A DNA stretch of 61,055 bases, counting the filler, from Barthelona sp. PAP020 (taxonomy: Eukaryota): assembly GCA_040182905.1 (NCBI GenBank). It is 4 parts of 4 records of this genome, joined end to end, with 100 filler letters (N's around TTAATTAATTAA, not from the genome) between each part and the next. Parts side by side here need not be neighbours in the genome. Positions count along the whole stretch, not along the records: positions 15,372 to 30,607 come from JARQWU010000286.1; positions 30,708 to 45,839 come from JARQWU010000288.1; 2 more parts are not named here. One strand, given 5' to 3'. Made by a program: the position numbers and the translations under genes. Below the pieces are notes generated by a model. The model made no database searches, was not told the DNA's origin, and worked only from the letters and a program-made list of their open reading frames with translations. Every line of letters starts with the position of its first letter. Positions within the stretch are counted from its first letter, which is position 1. Positions 21,048 through 31,156 of the stretch are shown here, piece after piece.

Positions 21048-23045
21048 TTATTTATTTAAAAATTGTTCTTGAATTTGGAAATTTTTCAATTTTTCGTAAA
21101 ATTTGTTTAAAAGTTTGTCAAACCCTGTTTTATTGAAAATGAAAATTTTTTTTTCTTCAAGAGCACTTTTTAACTCATTTTGAGTTCCAAAAACGTGGTA
21201 ATAAACTGATTTTGATGACAATATATTGAAAAATAAGTATTTTTTCAAAAAAGGATTATTTTCTACAATTTCAAACCAAAAAACATACCAATACGCTTCA
21301 GTCAAACCTCTATGACAAAAGTTATTGATAAAAAGATAAAAATTTAAACTTTTCCAATTATTTCCAAATAGTTTAACCAATAAATTATCATCTACAACGT
21401 TCTGAACGAACGAAATAATTTGATCCTTTTCAACAAAACTTGGATCAAGCAAAATATATCTTTTAACTAGATACTTTTGAATTTCTTCATTAAATTTGAA
21501 TTTTTCAGTCCTGCCAAGTAATTTTTCCTTCAAAATCTTTTCAAAATATATCGGAAGCTTGGATTGCAATAGCTCTTTGTTCAATTCCAGTATTTTCAGA
21601 AGTTCTCCCAGAGTCAAATCATCCTTTTTGATTATTGTATCATAAGACACTACATCTCCCTCTTTATTACAAGCACTTGTACATTTAATCATGAAATCAA
21701 AGGGAAAACTTGTTGTAGTTAAAACCCCAACAGTCCAATACAAATGATCATAGTGGTATTTTTCTTCTTCAACAAAAGATACCCAAACATCATATTGTAG
21801 CCTAATAACACAGTTATTCAAAGCTTCAAAACAAAACCTCATTTGTCTTTTAGAAGTGTTTTCATTCATTCTGTTGATTACACATAATCGCTTGAAATCA
21901 ACATCACTCTCAAACTGAACTACTTTTCGGGTTCTTTCAAATTCAAAAATTCCTTGTAATCTCGGAGAAAAATCAATTGTGAATTTTCCAAACCCTTTTT
22001 GATCTCCAAATACTCCAAATACATGATATCCTTCAAGATCCATTGCATCAGTCAAAGTGTTTATGTTGGGAATGTCTAAAGAATTGATTGAACTGATAAT
22101 TTTATTATAATTATTGAAACCAAAACACTTGAATAATTCTCGATAAAAAGGGATGTTGATAGTTTGTAAAAAATAAATGTTTTTATTGAAATGTTTGTTT
22201 AAAAGACTAATTGAATCATTAAAATAATGAATTTTGGTTAAAAAGTAAGAAAATAAAGAAGTTGGAAATAAAAAATAAAATAAATTAAATAAAATAAAAG
22301 AAATAATCAAAAAATTATTTTTTTTTAGAATAAAAAAAATCGTTAAAATAGACTCAAATAATGTGTAATACAAAGATTTTACAGTGAAATAACGAACTAT
22401 TATGAAAATAATCAATGAAATATATTCAAAAATTATAGGAATAATGATAAAGGATTGTTTAAAGCATATATAATACAAACAATAAGTTAAAACATATAAT
22501 TTCATTATTTTAACACATTTTATTAAATAAAAGAAAAATATAAACAATAAAAATGATATAGTTAAAGAACAAAAAAAATTGATTGAAAAATTATAAAAAA
22601 GATTGAAACCATTCCAAAATATTACATTCAATAAGATAAAATATATATTTTTAAACTTTTCAAATCGTAATATCACAAAAAAAATTATTATCAAAAACAA
22701 ATTTAAAAAAGAATTGTTAAAAAACCCTAAAAAAGTTAAATCAATATCATTCAATAAAAATATTAAATAAATATAATGAAAAATAAAAGATATGAAATAA
22801 ATATTATCAAAAAATTTTTTTCTTTTGTGAAGTTTTTTTGAAATCATGTCAAATTGTATTGGTGCGTTGAAATTATGTGTTTGATATGAATTATTGATAA
22901 CATTTCTCTCTTCATTATGTTTATTTATTGCTTCTCTTTTAAATTTTATATCATAAAATTTTTTCATCTCATTTTCAAGGGGTTTGGTTTTTTCTTTTAA
23001 AGAATAATTAAATAACCAAAGAATTTCTTTGGGAATATTCATCAT
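21048..23045 (-). CDS. Hypothetical multi-pass membrane protein
   Basis: About 665 aa ORF; very AT-rich F/I/L/N/Y hydrophobic N-half and a globular-looking C-half. Confidence 0.65.
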   Translation of the reverse strand: MMNIPKEILWLFNYSLKEKTKPLENEMKKFYDIKFKREAINKHNEERNVINNSYQTHNFNAPIQFDMISKKLHKRKKFFDNIYFISFIFHYIYLIFLLNDIDLTFLGFFNNSFLNLFLIIIFFVILRFEKFKNIYFILLNVIFWNGFNLFYNFSINFFCSLTISFLLFIFFFYLIKCVKIMKLYVLTYCLYYICFKQSFIIIPIIFEYISLIIFIIVRYFTVKSLYYTLFESILTIFFILKKNNFLIISFILFNLFYFLFPTSLFSYFLTKIHYFNDSISLLNKHFNKNIYFLQTINIPFYRELFKCFGFNNYNKIISSINSLDIPNINTLTDAMDLEGYHVFGVFGDQKGFGKFTIDFSPRLQGIFEFERTRKVVQFESDVDFKRLCVINRMNENTSKRQMRFCFEALNNCVIRLQYDVWVSFVEEEKYHYDHLYWTVGVLTTTSFPFDFMIKCTSACNKEGDVVSYDTIIKKDDLTLGELLKILELNKELLQSKLPIYFEKILKEKLLGRTEKFKFNEEIQKYLVKRYILLDPSFVEKDQIISFVQNVVDDNLLVKLFGNNWKSLNFYLFINNFCHRGLTEAYWYVFWFEIVENNPFLKKYLFFNILSSKSVYYHVFGTQNELKSALEEKKIFIFNKTGFDKLLNKFYEKLKNFQIQEQFLNK

Positions 23046-23122
23046 GAATATCACATCATTGAAATAAAAAAATTATAATTCTCAACCAACCATTTCAAAG
23101 TTTTTTTATTATTTGTTTTAAA

Positions 23123-24121
23123 ATGTCATTTCGAGAAGATTTATTTGATAATTCAAATAGTCGAAAGCTAGTTATTCGAGATTTACCACCTCTTTTAACA
23201 AAAAAGGAATTTATTGAATATCTTGAAAGTATTCCTTGTTCTAAACCAATTTGGATAGATTTTGTTAAAGGAACAGTATCAAAAACAAATATTAAATATT
23301 CTACTGTTTATATTTTATTGAATACTGTTGAAGATACAAAGATTTTTGCCCAATGGATTAAAACCATTGAATTTGTTGATTCTTCAAACAATAAATCATT
23401 TCCAATTGTTGAATATGCTTTTTATCAACCTCAATCCTTTCTTGAACGTAATTCAAAAATTGAAAGAAAGCCAATTGAAAAGAATTCGACGTTTCAATCT
23501 TTTATTGCCATGTTAAAAGAACAACCAGAGAATGAATTGACTGAACAACAGCATTTGGATCAGATAAATGAAGATGGTAATTTGGATTCTAAAGAAATTG
23601 TTCCACCTATTATTCAACGACTACAACAAAAAGAAAGGGGAAAAATGAAGAGGAATAATCGAAAAAGAAAACAACTTCAAAAGAACAAACAGCAGAAGAA
23701 ACAACAAGGTAATACTGATACTGAAAGAGGTAATTTTAAAGCTATTGGTGGAAATAAGAATAGAAAGTATGCTAAACATAACAAAAACAAGTTTAATAAA
23801 CAAAATTCGTTTAAAAGAGATGATGAAAAAGGAACAGAAAATAATACTGGTTCTTCTGGTTATAAAAGACCAAAAGCAATATTAAATACGTTTACTGAAA
23901 GGGATTTGGGGACACAAACATCTGGAACCACTTCAACTTCCAAAACTCGTTGGAAAAAGGGTGGAAATAAGTTTCATTCTAAATTTCAAGATGGTGAAAG
24001 AATTGAAAATGGCAAAGTATCAAATGAATCTTCATCTTCTCAATTTCAAAAGAAAGTTAAGAAGAATTATAAACCCAAATCTAAACCTGGTTTTGAATCA
24101 AGAAATGATAATAAGAGCTAA
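23123..24121 (+). CDS. UPF3: Nonsense-mediated decay factor UPF3
   Basis: KLVIRDLPPLLT, YSTVYI and PIVEYAFYQ of the Smg4/UPF3 RRM-like domain; basic disordered tail. Confidence 0.85.
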   Translation: MSFREDLFDNSNSRKLVIRDLPPLLTKKEFIEYLESIPCSKPIWIDFVKGTVSKTNIKYSTVYILLNTVEDTKIFAQWIKTIEFVDSSNNKSFPIVEYAFYQPQSFLERNSKIERKPIEKNSTFQSFIAMLKEQPENELTEQQHLDQINEDGNLDSKEIVPPIIQRLQQKERGKMKRNNRKRKQLQKNKQQKKQQGNTDTERGNFKAIGGNKNRKYAKHNKNKFNKQNSFKRDDEKGTENNTGSSGYKRPKAILNTFTERDLGTQTSGTTSTSKTRWKKGGNKFHSKFQDGERIENGKVSNESSSSQFQKKVKKNYKPKSKPGFESRNDNKS

Positions 24122-24381
24122 TGTATATCTATTTTATTACTAAATATTTGACTTTGAGACTTTTGAATTTTATTGTGTGGTTTGTTTTTTCTTTATTGAA
24201 AATGTTAATATTTTCTTTCGTTACATGCTTTCATAAATTGTTGCTTTTTTGTTTGAAATAAAATTCACATGTTGTTTTTGTCAGCACTTATGTACGAATA
24301 GTGAATAACAACACAAGTGAAAAGAATGTTAATTTTATTTTTCTGCTTGTACGAACCTTTTCCAGAACTTTCCCAAATCAG

Positions 24382-24894
24382 AGTCTGAGAATCTCAGTTG
24401 ACTAATAAATAATAAACCTTAATCTTTATTCTTTTCGGGGGGTTTAGCGTTCCTGAAAGGAACCTCTCTTTTTTGAGATCTACTCTTTCATAGGCTGTCA
24501 TAGGAGAGCTATGCACTATTCGGGGTGTGAAATATTGCATTACTAATTGCTCAAAAGGGCCTAACGCCCCGATCTCTTTAAAATTTATCTAAATTGGGCA
24601 AGTTTTTATGCATTCACCGTGGTAGGTTAAAAATTTGGGGGTAGGTTAAGGAAAAGTACCGTACCTCGAGGGAAAAAGGAAGAATCGGAAACTTTCGATT
24701 CGCCAAAAATAATAGGCTTGTGAACAACCCTCATTTATTTTTTATTCATAGACTTTGTTTCCATGAGTTTGGGGGCTTTATTGAGGGGGATGGGTAATCG
24801 ATTATGACTTGGCAGGCCTAAAAAGTGCAAGTCCGGAGATGCCATTGTTCCTCAAGTATTCGCAGAAACTGATCTAATTTCACGGGCAGTTTCT
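24382..24894. other. GC-richer hairpin-dense non-coding block (candidate structured RNA or element terminus)
   Basis: About nine stems found by eye, a long-range pairing of 24435-24447 with 24561-24572, and GGTAGGTTAA twice; no ORF of 60 aa or more. Confidence 0.4.
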
Positions 24895-24932
24895 ACTTTC
24901 TTCAACAAATGTCTGCAAATGGTCTCCCTAGG

Positions 24933-25011
24933 TCAAGCACGCAATTTGGTCTCGCATCAGGTACAGGCTAACTTGGCTTCTGGCGGAGTTCTGGGTCCTG
25001 CTACAGGCAAC
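24933..25011 (+). repeat. Conserved element B, copy 1
   Basis: 74/79 identical to 29331-29408 in direct orientation; weaker similarity continues to about 25066. Confidence 0.92.
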
Positions 25012-25138
25012 TCAGTGATAATGTCTGGCATTCTTTAACGTAAATAGGTAAAATAGGAATAAACTATGATTTATTTGCAAAGAAAAATTATCAACAAAAC
25101 ATGAATGGAAAAAACATTTAACCACAAAAAAGACCTTT

Positions 25139-28100
25139 CTAATCATCAATCTCATCACTCTCATCACTGTCATCATCTTTCATCTCTTCATCAACATACT
25201 GACGCATATTACCACCATTCCTTTCATTAATGTCAATCAAATCCCAACAATAGTTGATTGACATGTCAAAATCTCTTTGATTCATGTAAACTCCAGCACT
25301 GACAAATTCTCGGATGATGACATTGTCTACCTTCATTGCAACAAGTGTTGATAGTAGATAGCCCTTATCCTTTACCAGTTCAATTAACTCGGATTTGGAC
25401 AAATGCTCAAATTTCAAATCAACAGGTTCGCCACTCTTCAATTGTTGCTTTAAATTTGGACAGCTCAAAATGCTGAATTTGTTCTTTTTCCATTGTTCAT
25501 CATTTGTATACAATCTGTTGAAAAACAACAGCATATCTTCACCATATAGGTTTATTTCGAGACAATCTAGAAGCATCTTTGCAACATCAAGATGACCTTT
25601 GCAACAACTGATGCACAATGGAGAAGCACCATTATTCTTACACAAATTAACATCAGCTCCATGATCTAAGAGCATTCTGGCAACATCAAGATGATCTTCT
25701 TGACAACTAATATACAATGGAGAGCGACCATCTTCATCACATTGATTGGCATCAACTCTATGATCCTCCAAGAGCATTTTGGCAACATCAAGATGACCTT
25801 CTTGACAACTAATATACAATGGAGAGCAACCATCTTCATCACATTGATTGGCATCAACTCTATGATCCTCTAAGAGCATTTTGGCAACATCAAGATGACC
25901 TTCTTGACAACTAATATACAATGTAGAGCGACCATCTTCATCACATTGATTGGCATCTACCCCATGATCCTCTAAGAGCATTTTAACGATATTAACATGA
26001 CCACATTCACAACTCACAAATAATGGCGACTCACCATTATTCTTACACAAATTAACATCAGCTCCATGATCAAAGAGCATTCTGGCAACATCAAGATGAT
26101 CTTCTTGACAACTTATGTAAAATGGAGAGCAACCATCTTTATCACATTGATTGGCATCAACTCTATGGTCCTCTAAGAGCATTTTGGCAACATCAAGATG
26201 ACCTTCTTGACAACTAACGAACAAGGGAGACCAACCATCTTTATCACATTGATTGGCATCAACCCTATGATCCTCTAAGAGCATCTTTACAATATCAAGA
26301 TGACCTTGATAACAACTAACATACAATGGAGAGCGATCATCTTTAGTACATTCATTGACATCAACACCATGATCCAACAGCATTTTTACAATGTAAAGAT
26401 AGCCCCTAAAACAACTGACATACAACGGTGAAACCCCATTAATCTTGCATTTGTTGACGTCAGCTCCCCTATCCAAAAGAGCTCGAACCACATCAACATG
26501 CCCATTTTCACAACTAACAAACAACGAAGAAACACCAGTATTCTTACAAAAATTGATGTCAACCTCAAAATCTAACAATATCTCAACAATATCACTGTGC
26601 CCACAAGAAGAAGCCTCCCAAAGAACGGTTTCACCCTCATTTCCAACCTTTATCCATTGTTTAACAATTTCCAATTTTCCATCACGCACACTATGATATA
26701 TCGTATCTGTGTTGCAATATTCTGAAAAATTATATGGAACAACAACTTCATATAATCCATGTTTCACATAAGAATCACAAATAGCGGACTCAACTCTTTT
26801 CTTTTCTTCTCCGTTATTTTCATCCAAATTGTGTTTCTTGAAATAATTACAAACAATGAGGGAAATACATTTTTCCAAATCAGCAATCAACCCACCAAGA
26901 TACTCAACTATTTCTGAAAACATTGGTCTATTTTCGGGATCACGATTGAAACATTGAGACAAAAAATTATATCCAATGGCCGATTCTAATTTTTCACGTT
27001 TAAAAGGCAATTCACCTCTGTATAATTTTAGAGGAATTATACGATCAGAAATTCCTTCAAAAGGCTTGAACATTGTCATCACTTCAAAGTAAGTTGTTGC
27101 AAAAGCCCAACAATCAATACCAGGATGAGCAAAAATATCATTTTCTATCAATTCAGGAGGCATATAACGAATGGTTCCTGGTTTAGACAACCTACTATGT
27201 CTTTCAAAAGAATGAACAAGACCAAAACCGCAAAGAGCAACAGTTCCATTTTCTCTTATCAAAACATCTTTTGGTTTAACATCTCTATGAATTAAACCTT
27301 TGCTATGACAAAACTCAAGTGCAGAAGCCAGTTGGAACATACTGGTCAATCTCTCAACAACAGTCATTTCATGCATTCTTTTACTCAGTGTGTATGGGCA
27401 ATATTCCATCACAAACCCCCACTGAATTTGACCTGCGACCTCCTTAGATGTCATACCATACACTTTGCAAATAAATGGATGAGCAAATGTAACAGCAATA
27501 CATTCATCTTTCACTTCTTTTTCAGTTGAATTATATGTAAATTTTATAGCAACATCGGAGCGTTGATATTGACCAAAATAAACTGTGCCATAACCGCTCG
27601 ATCCTAATTTTCTTTCTTCATTTAACAGTTCATAATCTATGAATGGAACCTCAAACGCAGTTCTGACGAGTTTGCATTCAAATTCATTTATTTTTTGTTG
27701 CAACTCTTCCATCTTTTTCTTACGTTCCAAAGGGTCCATTTTCGACATTTCATTCATTTGCAAATTTTGTTTTGAATTGAAAATTTCATCCATATTGAAA
27801 ATATGCTTGTTTATTTTATCACAAATATTGGCAGGAAGTGGAGAAATGGAGAAAGATTTTCCACTTGACATATTATTCAAATTCTTATTTAAATTCACAG
27901 CTAAATTCTTGTTTAAATAGTCAAGATTATGGTGTAAACAAAGTAAATTCTCGAAATAACCTTCATTGACAAATTTTCCAAATAAATTGGAACCAGGATT
28001 ATTTTCAATTAATTTCATAACTTCTTCACACCATTCGGAAAAATGATTTAAATATTCTTCGAATCCAATGTTTGTCCAATTTTGTGTCAATATTTCTTCA

Positions 28101-28339
28101 AAAATGCCCAAAAACCAAAGCATTCTGAAATATAAAATTAAAGCATCTTCTTGCACTTTTCTTATATTAACAAATCCATTTCTAAGCTCTTTTACAACAT
28201 TTAAAATCGATAATTTGTGTTCTGAAAGAGACATAAAGATTAAATCAAAATCGACCTTTTCAATGAATTCTTGAAAGCCACCAAAATCGTTAAAAGTAAT
28301 TAAAAGTGAATTTTGGTAGTCTTTTAGAGTATCACACAT
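25139..28339 (-). CDS. TKL-like (pseudo)kinase with C-terminal ankyrin repeat array
   Basis: LGSSGYGTVY, VAIK, HRDVKPKD, CGFG and GTIRYMPPE; 10-11 ankyrin repeats G.SPL..SC..GHL...KMLL. Confidence 0.9.
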   Translation of the reverse strand: MCDTLKDYQNSLLITFNDFGGFQEFIEKVDFDLIFMSLSEHKLSILNVVKELRNGFVNIRKVQEDALILYFRMLWFLGIFEEILTQNWTNIGFEEYLNHFSEWCEEVMKLIENNPGSNLFGKFVNEGYFENLLCLHHNLDYLNKNLAVNLNKNLNNMSSGKSFSISPLPANICDKINKHIFNMDEIFNSKQNLQMNEMSKMDPLERKKKMEELQQKINEFECKLVRTAFEVPFIDYELLNEERKLGSSGYGTVYFGQYQRSDVAIKFTYNSTEKEVKDECIAVTFAHPFICKVYGMTSKEVAGQIQWGFVMEYCPYTLSKRMHEMTVVERLTSMFQLASALEFCHSKGLIHRDVKPKDVLIRENGTVALCGFGLVHSFERHSRLSKPGTIRYMPPELIENDIFAHPGIDCWAFATTYFEVMTMFKPFEGISDRIIPLKLYRGELPFKREKLESAIGYNFLSQCFNRDPENRPMFSEIVEYLGGLIADLEKCISLIVCNYFKKHNLDENNGEEKKRVESAICDSYVKHGLYEVVVPYNFSEYCNTDTIYHSVRDGKLEIVKQWIKVGNEGETVLWEASSCGHSDIVEILLDFEVDINFCKNTGVSSLFVSCENGHVDVVRALLDRGADVNKCKINGVSPLYVSCFRGYLYIVKMLLDHGVDVNECTKDDRSPLYVSCYQGHLDIVKMLLEDHRVDANQCDKDGWSPLFVSCQEGHLDVAKMLLEDHRVDANQCDKDGCSPFYISCQEDHLDVARMLFDHGADVNLCKNNGESPLFVSCECGHVNIVKMLLEDHGVDANQCDEDGRSTLYISCQEGHLDVAKMLLEDHRVDANQCDEDGCSPLYISCQEGHLDVAKMLLEDHRVDANQCDEDGRSPLYISCQEDHLDVARMLLDHGADVNLCKNNGASPLCISCCKGHLDVAKMLLDCLEINLYGEDMLLFFNRLYTNDEQWKKNKFSILSCPNLKQQLKSGEPVDLKFEHLSKSELIELVKDKGYLLSTLVAMKVDNVIIREFVSAGVYMNQRDFDMSINYCWDLIDINERNGGNMRQYVDEEMKDDDSDESDEIDD
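25560..26640 (-). repeat. Ankyrin-coding tandem repeats (99/102-nt units)
   Basis: Near-identical DNA units, e.g. ggcaacatcaagatgaccttcttgacaactaatatacaatg recurring at 102-nt spacing. Confidence 0.92.
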
Positions 28340-29330
28340 CAAGAATGATGGAAAATATATGATTTTTCATTTGTTTACCAATCAATTTTTTCATTTTTGA
28401 ACCAACTGAATGATAAATTTTTACTATTTTTACAATCATTTACCTTATTCTTCATTCAACCCAACTACATCATGAAACAATAAATAAATAAAGGAGAAAT
28501 AAATTTTTACAAAGAACTATGTGTGCAAATATTTTATTGAAAGAGAAATTGGAACTCCATTTTGACAAATCATAGATTTTTCTTGAACAATCTCAAAATA
28601 TAGGGTGCAAACAGATGAATTAAGGAAAGAAAGAAATGTTTCAGCAGCAGTCAATGAACTTGCTGAATTTGAATTGAAAGAATTAGAATATTGTTTTGTG
28701 GAAAACAGACTGCTGATATTACGTTTGGTAAATCATTGAAAATGCCAGACAACTTCACAACCATTCTTTGAGATTATTTTCAAGCCAAATAACAACAAAA
28801 ATGGTCATTTTAAGTTGCTTCTTTTACTCCAAAACATCTTGCCAAATTATCAAAGATCAGCATTATACATAAAAAGACAATAGAAGAGTAGAAACTCACA
28901 AAGTCTTTTCCCAAACGAAGAAAAGGAAAAGAGCCCGTTTTTAAAAGCGACAGTTGTTGTGTCACGAACTATGATGGATAAAAGTTCAAGCAAATAAAGA
29001 TATTTTAATGAAATTTGTTAAACAAATACTTTGGAATTCAGAAACATAGAAAGTGGATTCTTTGTAACAAAGCAGATCAGCTCAGAATAGGTTTTGGGAG
29101 TTTATTGATCTTTTTAAAGGGAGTACCAACAAAAAAAAAGAGAGACACACCGGAAAGGGTCTATTTAACAACAATTTCTATTGACATAAAGAATGGATTC
29201 AAGAGCACTTCACAGAGAGTAAATTCAAGGAGAGCAAGAATGTTAAGAATCGTTTCCTTTGTAAGAAAGCGGGATCCACTCTCACAATAACCTTTGGGTG
29301 AGTAAATTCTGCAAAGCGTACCTCCTTGTA

Positions 29331-29408
29331 TCAAGCGCACAATTTGGTCTCGCATCAGGTACAGCTAGCTTGGCTTCTGGCGGAGTTGTGGGTCCTGCTA
29401 CAGGCAAC
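29331..29408 (+). repeat. Conserved element B, copy 2
   Basis: Matches 24933-25011; ends 61 nt upstream of the ATG at 29470. Confidence 0.92.
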
Positions 29409-29469
29409 AAAATAACAATGTTCAGCATTTGATTTATAAACAGGTAAAATAGTTAAACTAAAATTAAAC

Positions 29470-30220
29470 ATGGCAGATCAACAAAAGGTTAATTCTTTAA
29501 AAGACGATGTGGATCAGCTCAAGACTACTTTAACTGAGCTTATGGGTCTAATTAAAAAGGGTGGTGTGTTACAGAGCACCACCAATGAAGAGGATGCAAT
29601 CGCAAAGGATTGCTCAAATTTTTTTGTGTGCGAAGAGTGGGTTCAAGAACTCTTCTCAGGAATAAAGTTCAAAGAGACCAAGAAAAATGATGCTGACGGT
29701 CAGTTTCTATTCAAAAAGAGTATCTCCACGCTCAACATGGCGCTTTGGGTCGGCGAGTTCCTAAAAACATGCTGTCGATGAGGTCATACAACAGAGGTGG
29801 AAGCTCTGTTACCAATCATAAAGTTGGTAACTGAAAAATTCCTTGAAACTGAACCCTGGGAGTGCTCTCCACAAACCCTAAACCAGTGGATGTCTTCCAA
29901 ATATATAAGAAATCAAGTCAAAAGATTGTCAGATTGTGTAAATTAAAGAATATAAGAACACAACAGATCATTTCTTCAGCTCCAATTCATATTCAACCAC
30001 AATTCATTGATGTTTATAACAACTCAGATGATACAATCCCCACAGAAAATGTTAAAAATAAATGTGAGTTATGTCATAGAGTTACAAACATTTTACATAA
30101 TGGAAAATGTGTCATGCATCAAATAAATTTTGATGATCTTAACTTAAATATGAATATTACAAGGTATACTAGAGAAAATCTTACAACACCTGTAAGATTA
30201 CAAAAATATATACCAAATAA
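29470..30220 (+). pseudogene. Interrupted ORF A of unknown family (putative mobile element)
   Basis: The frame stays open past TGA 29779-29781 (GHTTEVEALLPIIKLVTEKFLETEPWECSP) and aligns with ORF B; probable frameshift near 29871 into the frame carrying CELCH...KCVMH; 3' end approximate. Confidence 0.6.
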
Positions 30221-30222
30221 CT

Positions 30223-30607
30223 ATGGACTAAAGAAAGAGAAGAGAATAAGAACAAGGAAAAAAAGTTGGAGAACAATGTATTGGAATCTGTTTATCGCCA
30301 CCATCAATGGATGGAGGAGATATTCAGTGAAATTAAATTTTATTAAGAGCGCCCTGGAAGTAAAAGGGCGTTCTCCTTTAAGAAAGCAAAACTCATGATC
30401 CCAGCAGCCATGCTGCTCGGAGATATTTTAAAAACTTTGAGCCATGCGGGGGTGGATCTGTCTCCGCAGATTGATTTAATTAAGAAGACCGCGAAAAAGT
30501 TCGTAGAGGGTGCACCATGGGACTCAGCACCAACGAGTCAAACTATTGGATTGGAAATGTTGCATGGGCTCAAATGGCCATACCCTGACCTGAACAGCTT
30601 CCCAAAG
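30223..30607 (+). pseudogene. Interrupted ORF B, paralog of ORF A, truncated by contig end
   Basis: QWMEEIFSEIKFY*ERPGSKRAFSFKK...AMLLGDILKT...KKFVEGAPWDSAP; in-frame TAA at 30344-30346; the ATG at 30223 is one base out of frame. Confidence 0.6.
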
Positions 30608-30707
30608 NNNNNNNNNNNNNNNNNNNNNNNNNNNNNNNNNNNNNNNNNNNNTTAATTAATTAANNNNNNNNNNNNNNNNNNNNNNNNNNNNNNNNNNNNN
30701 NNNNNNN
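30608..30707. other. Artificial contig spacer
   Basis: N44-TTAATTAATTAA-N44. Confidence 0.98.
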
Positions 30708-31075
30708 TCAGAAAACATAATCTTAAATTCAGTTGATAAGGCAGTAATCAAACTACCAGGTTCTTCACTGGCAGCAAAAACAATGTTACCTCCATTATCA
30801 AAGAAATTGAGAAGATCAGAATCAGTTAAATCTCCAATAGCATCAATATCTGGTGATAAAATAATTAAAGTGTTGTATTCATTCAAATCTTTAACCTTTA
30901 AATCTGTTTCGCTGTGCTTCACATCAACAATAGAATTTGTCAATCCAGCTATCAACTGAGAATAAGATTTTTCACTTTCATCAGAAATAATCAGTACTTT
31001 AGAATATGTTTCTGCACACAAAGTTAAACCAAGAATACCAATGAAACACAACAAACAAATTGAGAAACTCTTCAT
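30708..31075 (-). CDS. WBP1: Oligosaccharyltransferase subunit OST48/Wbp1, 5' part only
   Basis: Signal peptide; YNTLIILSP...LLNFFDNGGNIVFAAS; runs off the contig end. Confidence 0.8.
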
Positions 31076-31156
31076 CGAAATTTTAGGTGAACAAAAAAAA
31101 TTTGGTTTTGAAAAGAAACGAATTTTGTTTCCATTTATTTATCGTTCTATGTTTAA

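Noticed and set aside
24829..24980. RNase P P4-like pairing AAGTCCGG with TTGGCTT
   Set aside because: No GAAAG CR-I context, and the 5' strand is absent upstream of copy 2
24933..25011. Element B as a hammerhead, HDV-like, twister or pistol ribozyme
   Set aside because: Only fragments resemble the cores (CTGATGCG, GTCTCGC, AACTCCGCC, ATCAGGT); the required motif order and pairings could not be built
25560..26640. Regular repeats as a CRISPR array or DGR template/variable pair
   Set aside because: Units are in-frame ankyrin codons without unique spacers; no reverse transcriptase or separate template repeat in the window
29779..30346. Alternative genetic code explaining the in-frame stops
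   Set aside because: Two different stops plus frameshifts fit decay better; conserved host genes end in TAA, TAG and TGA
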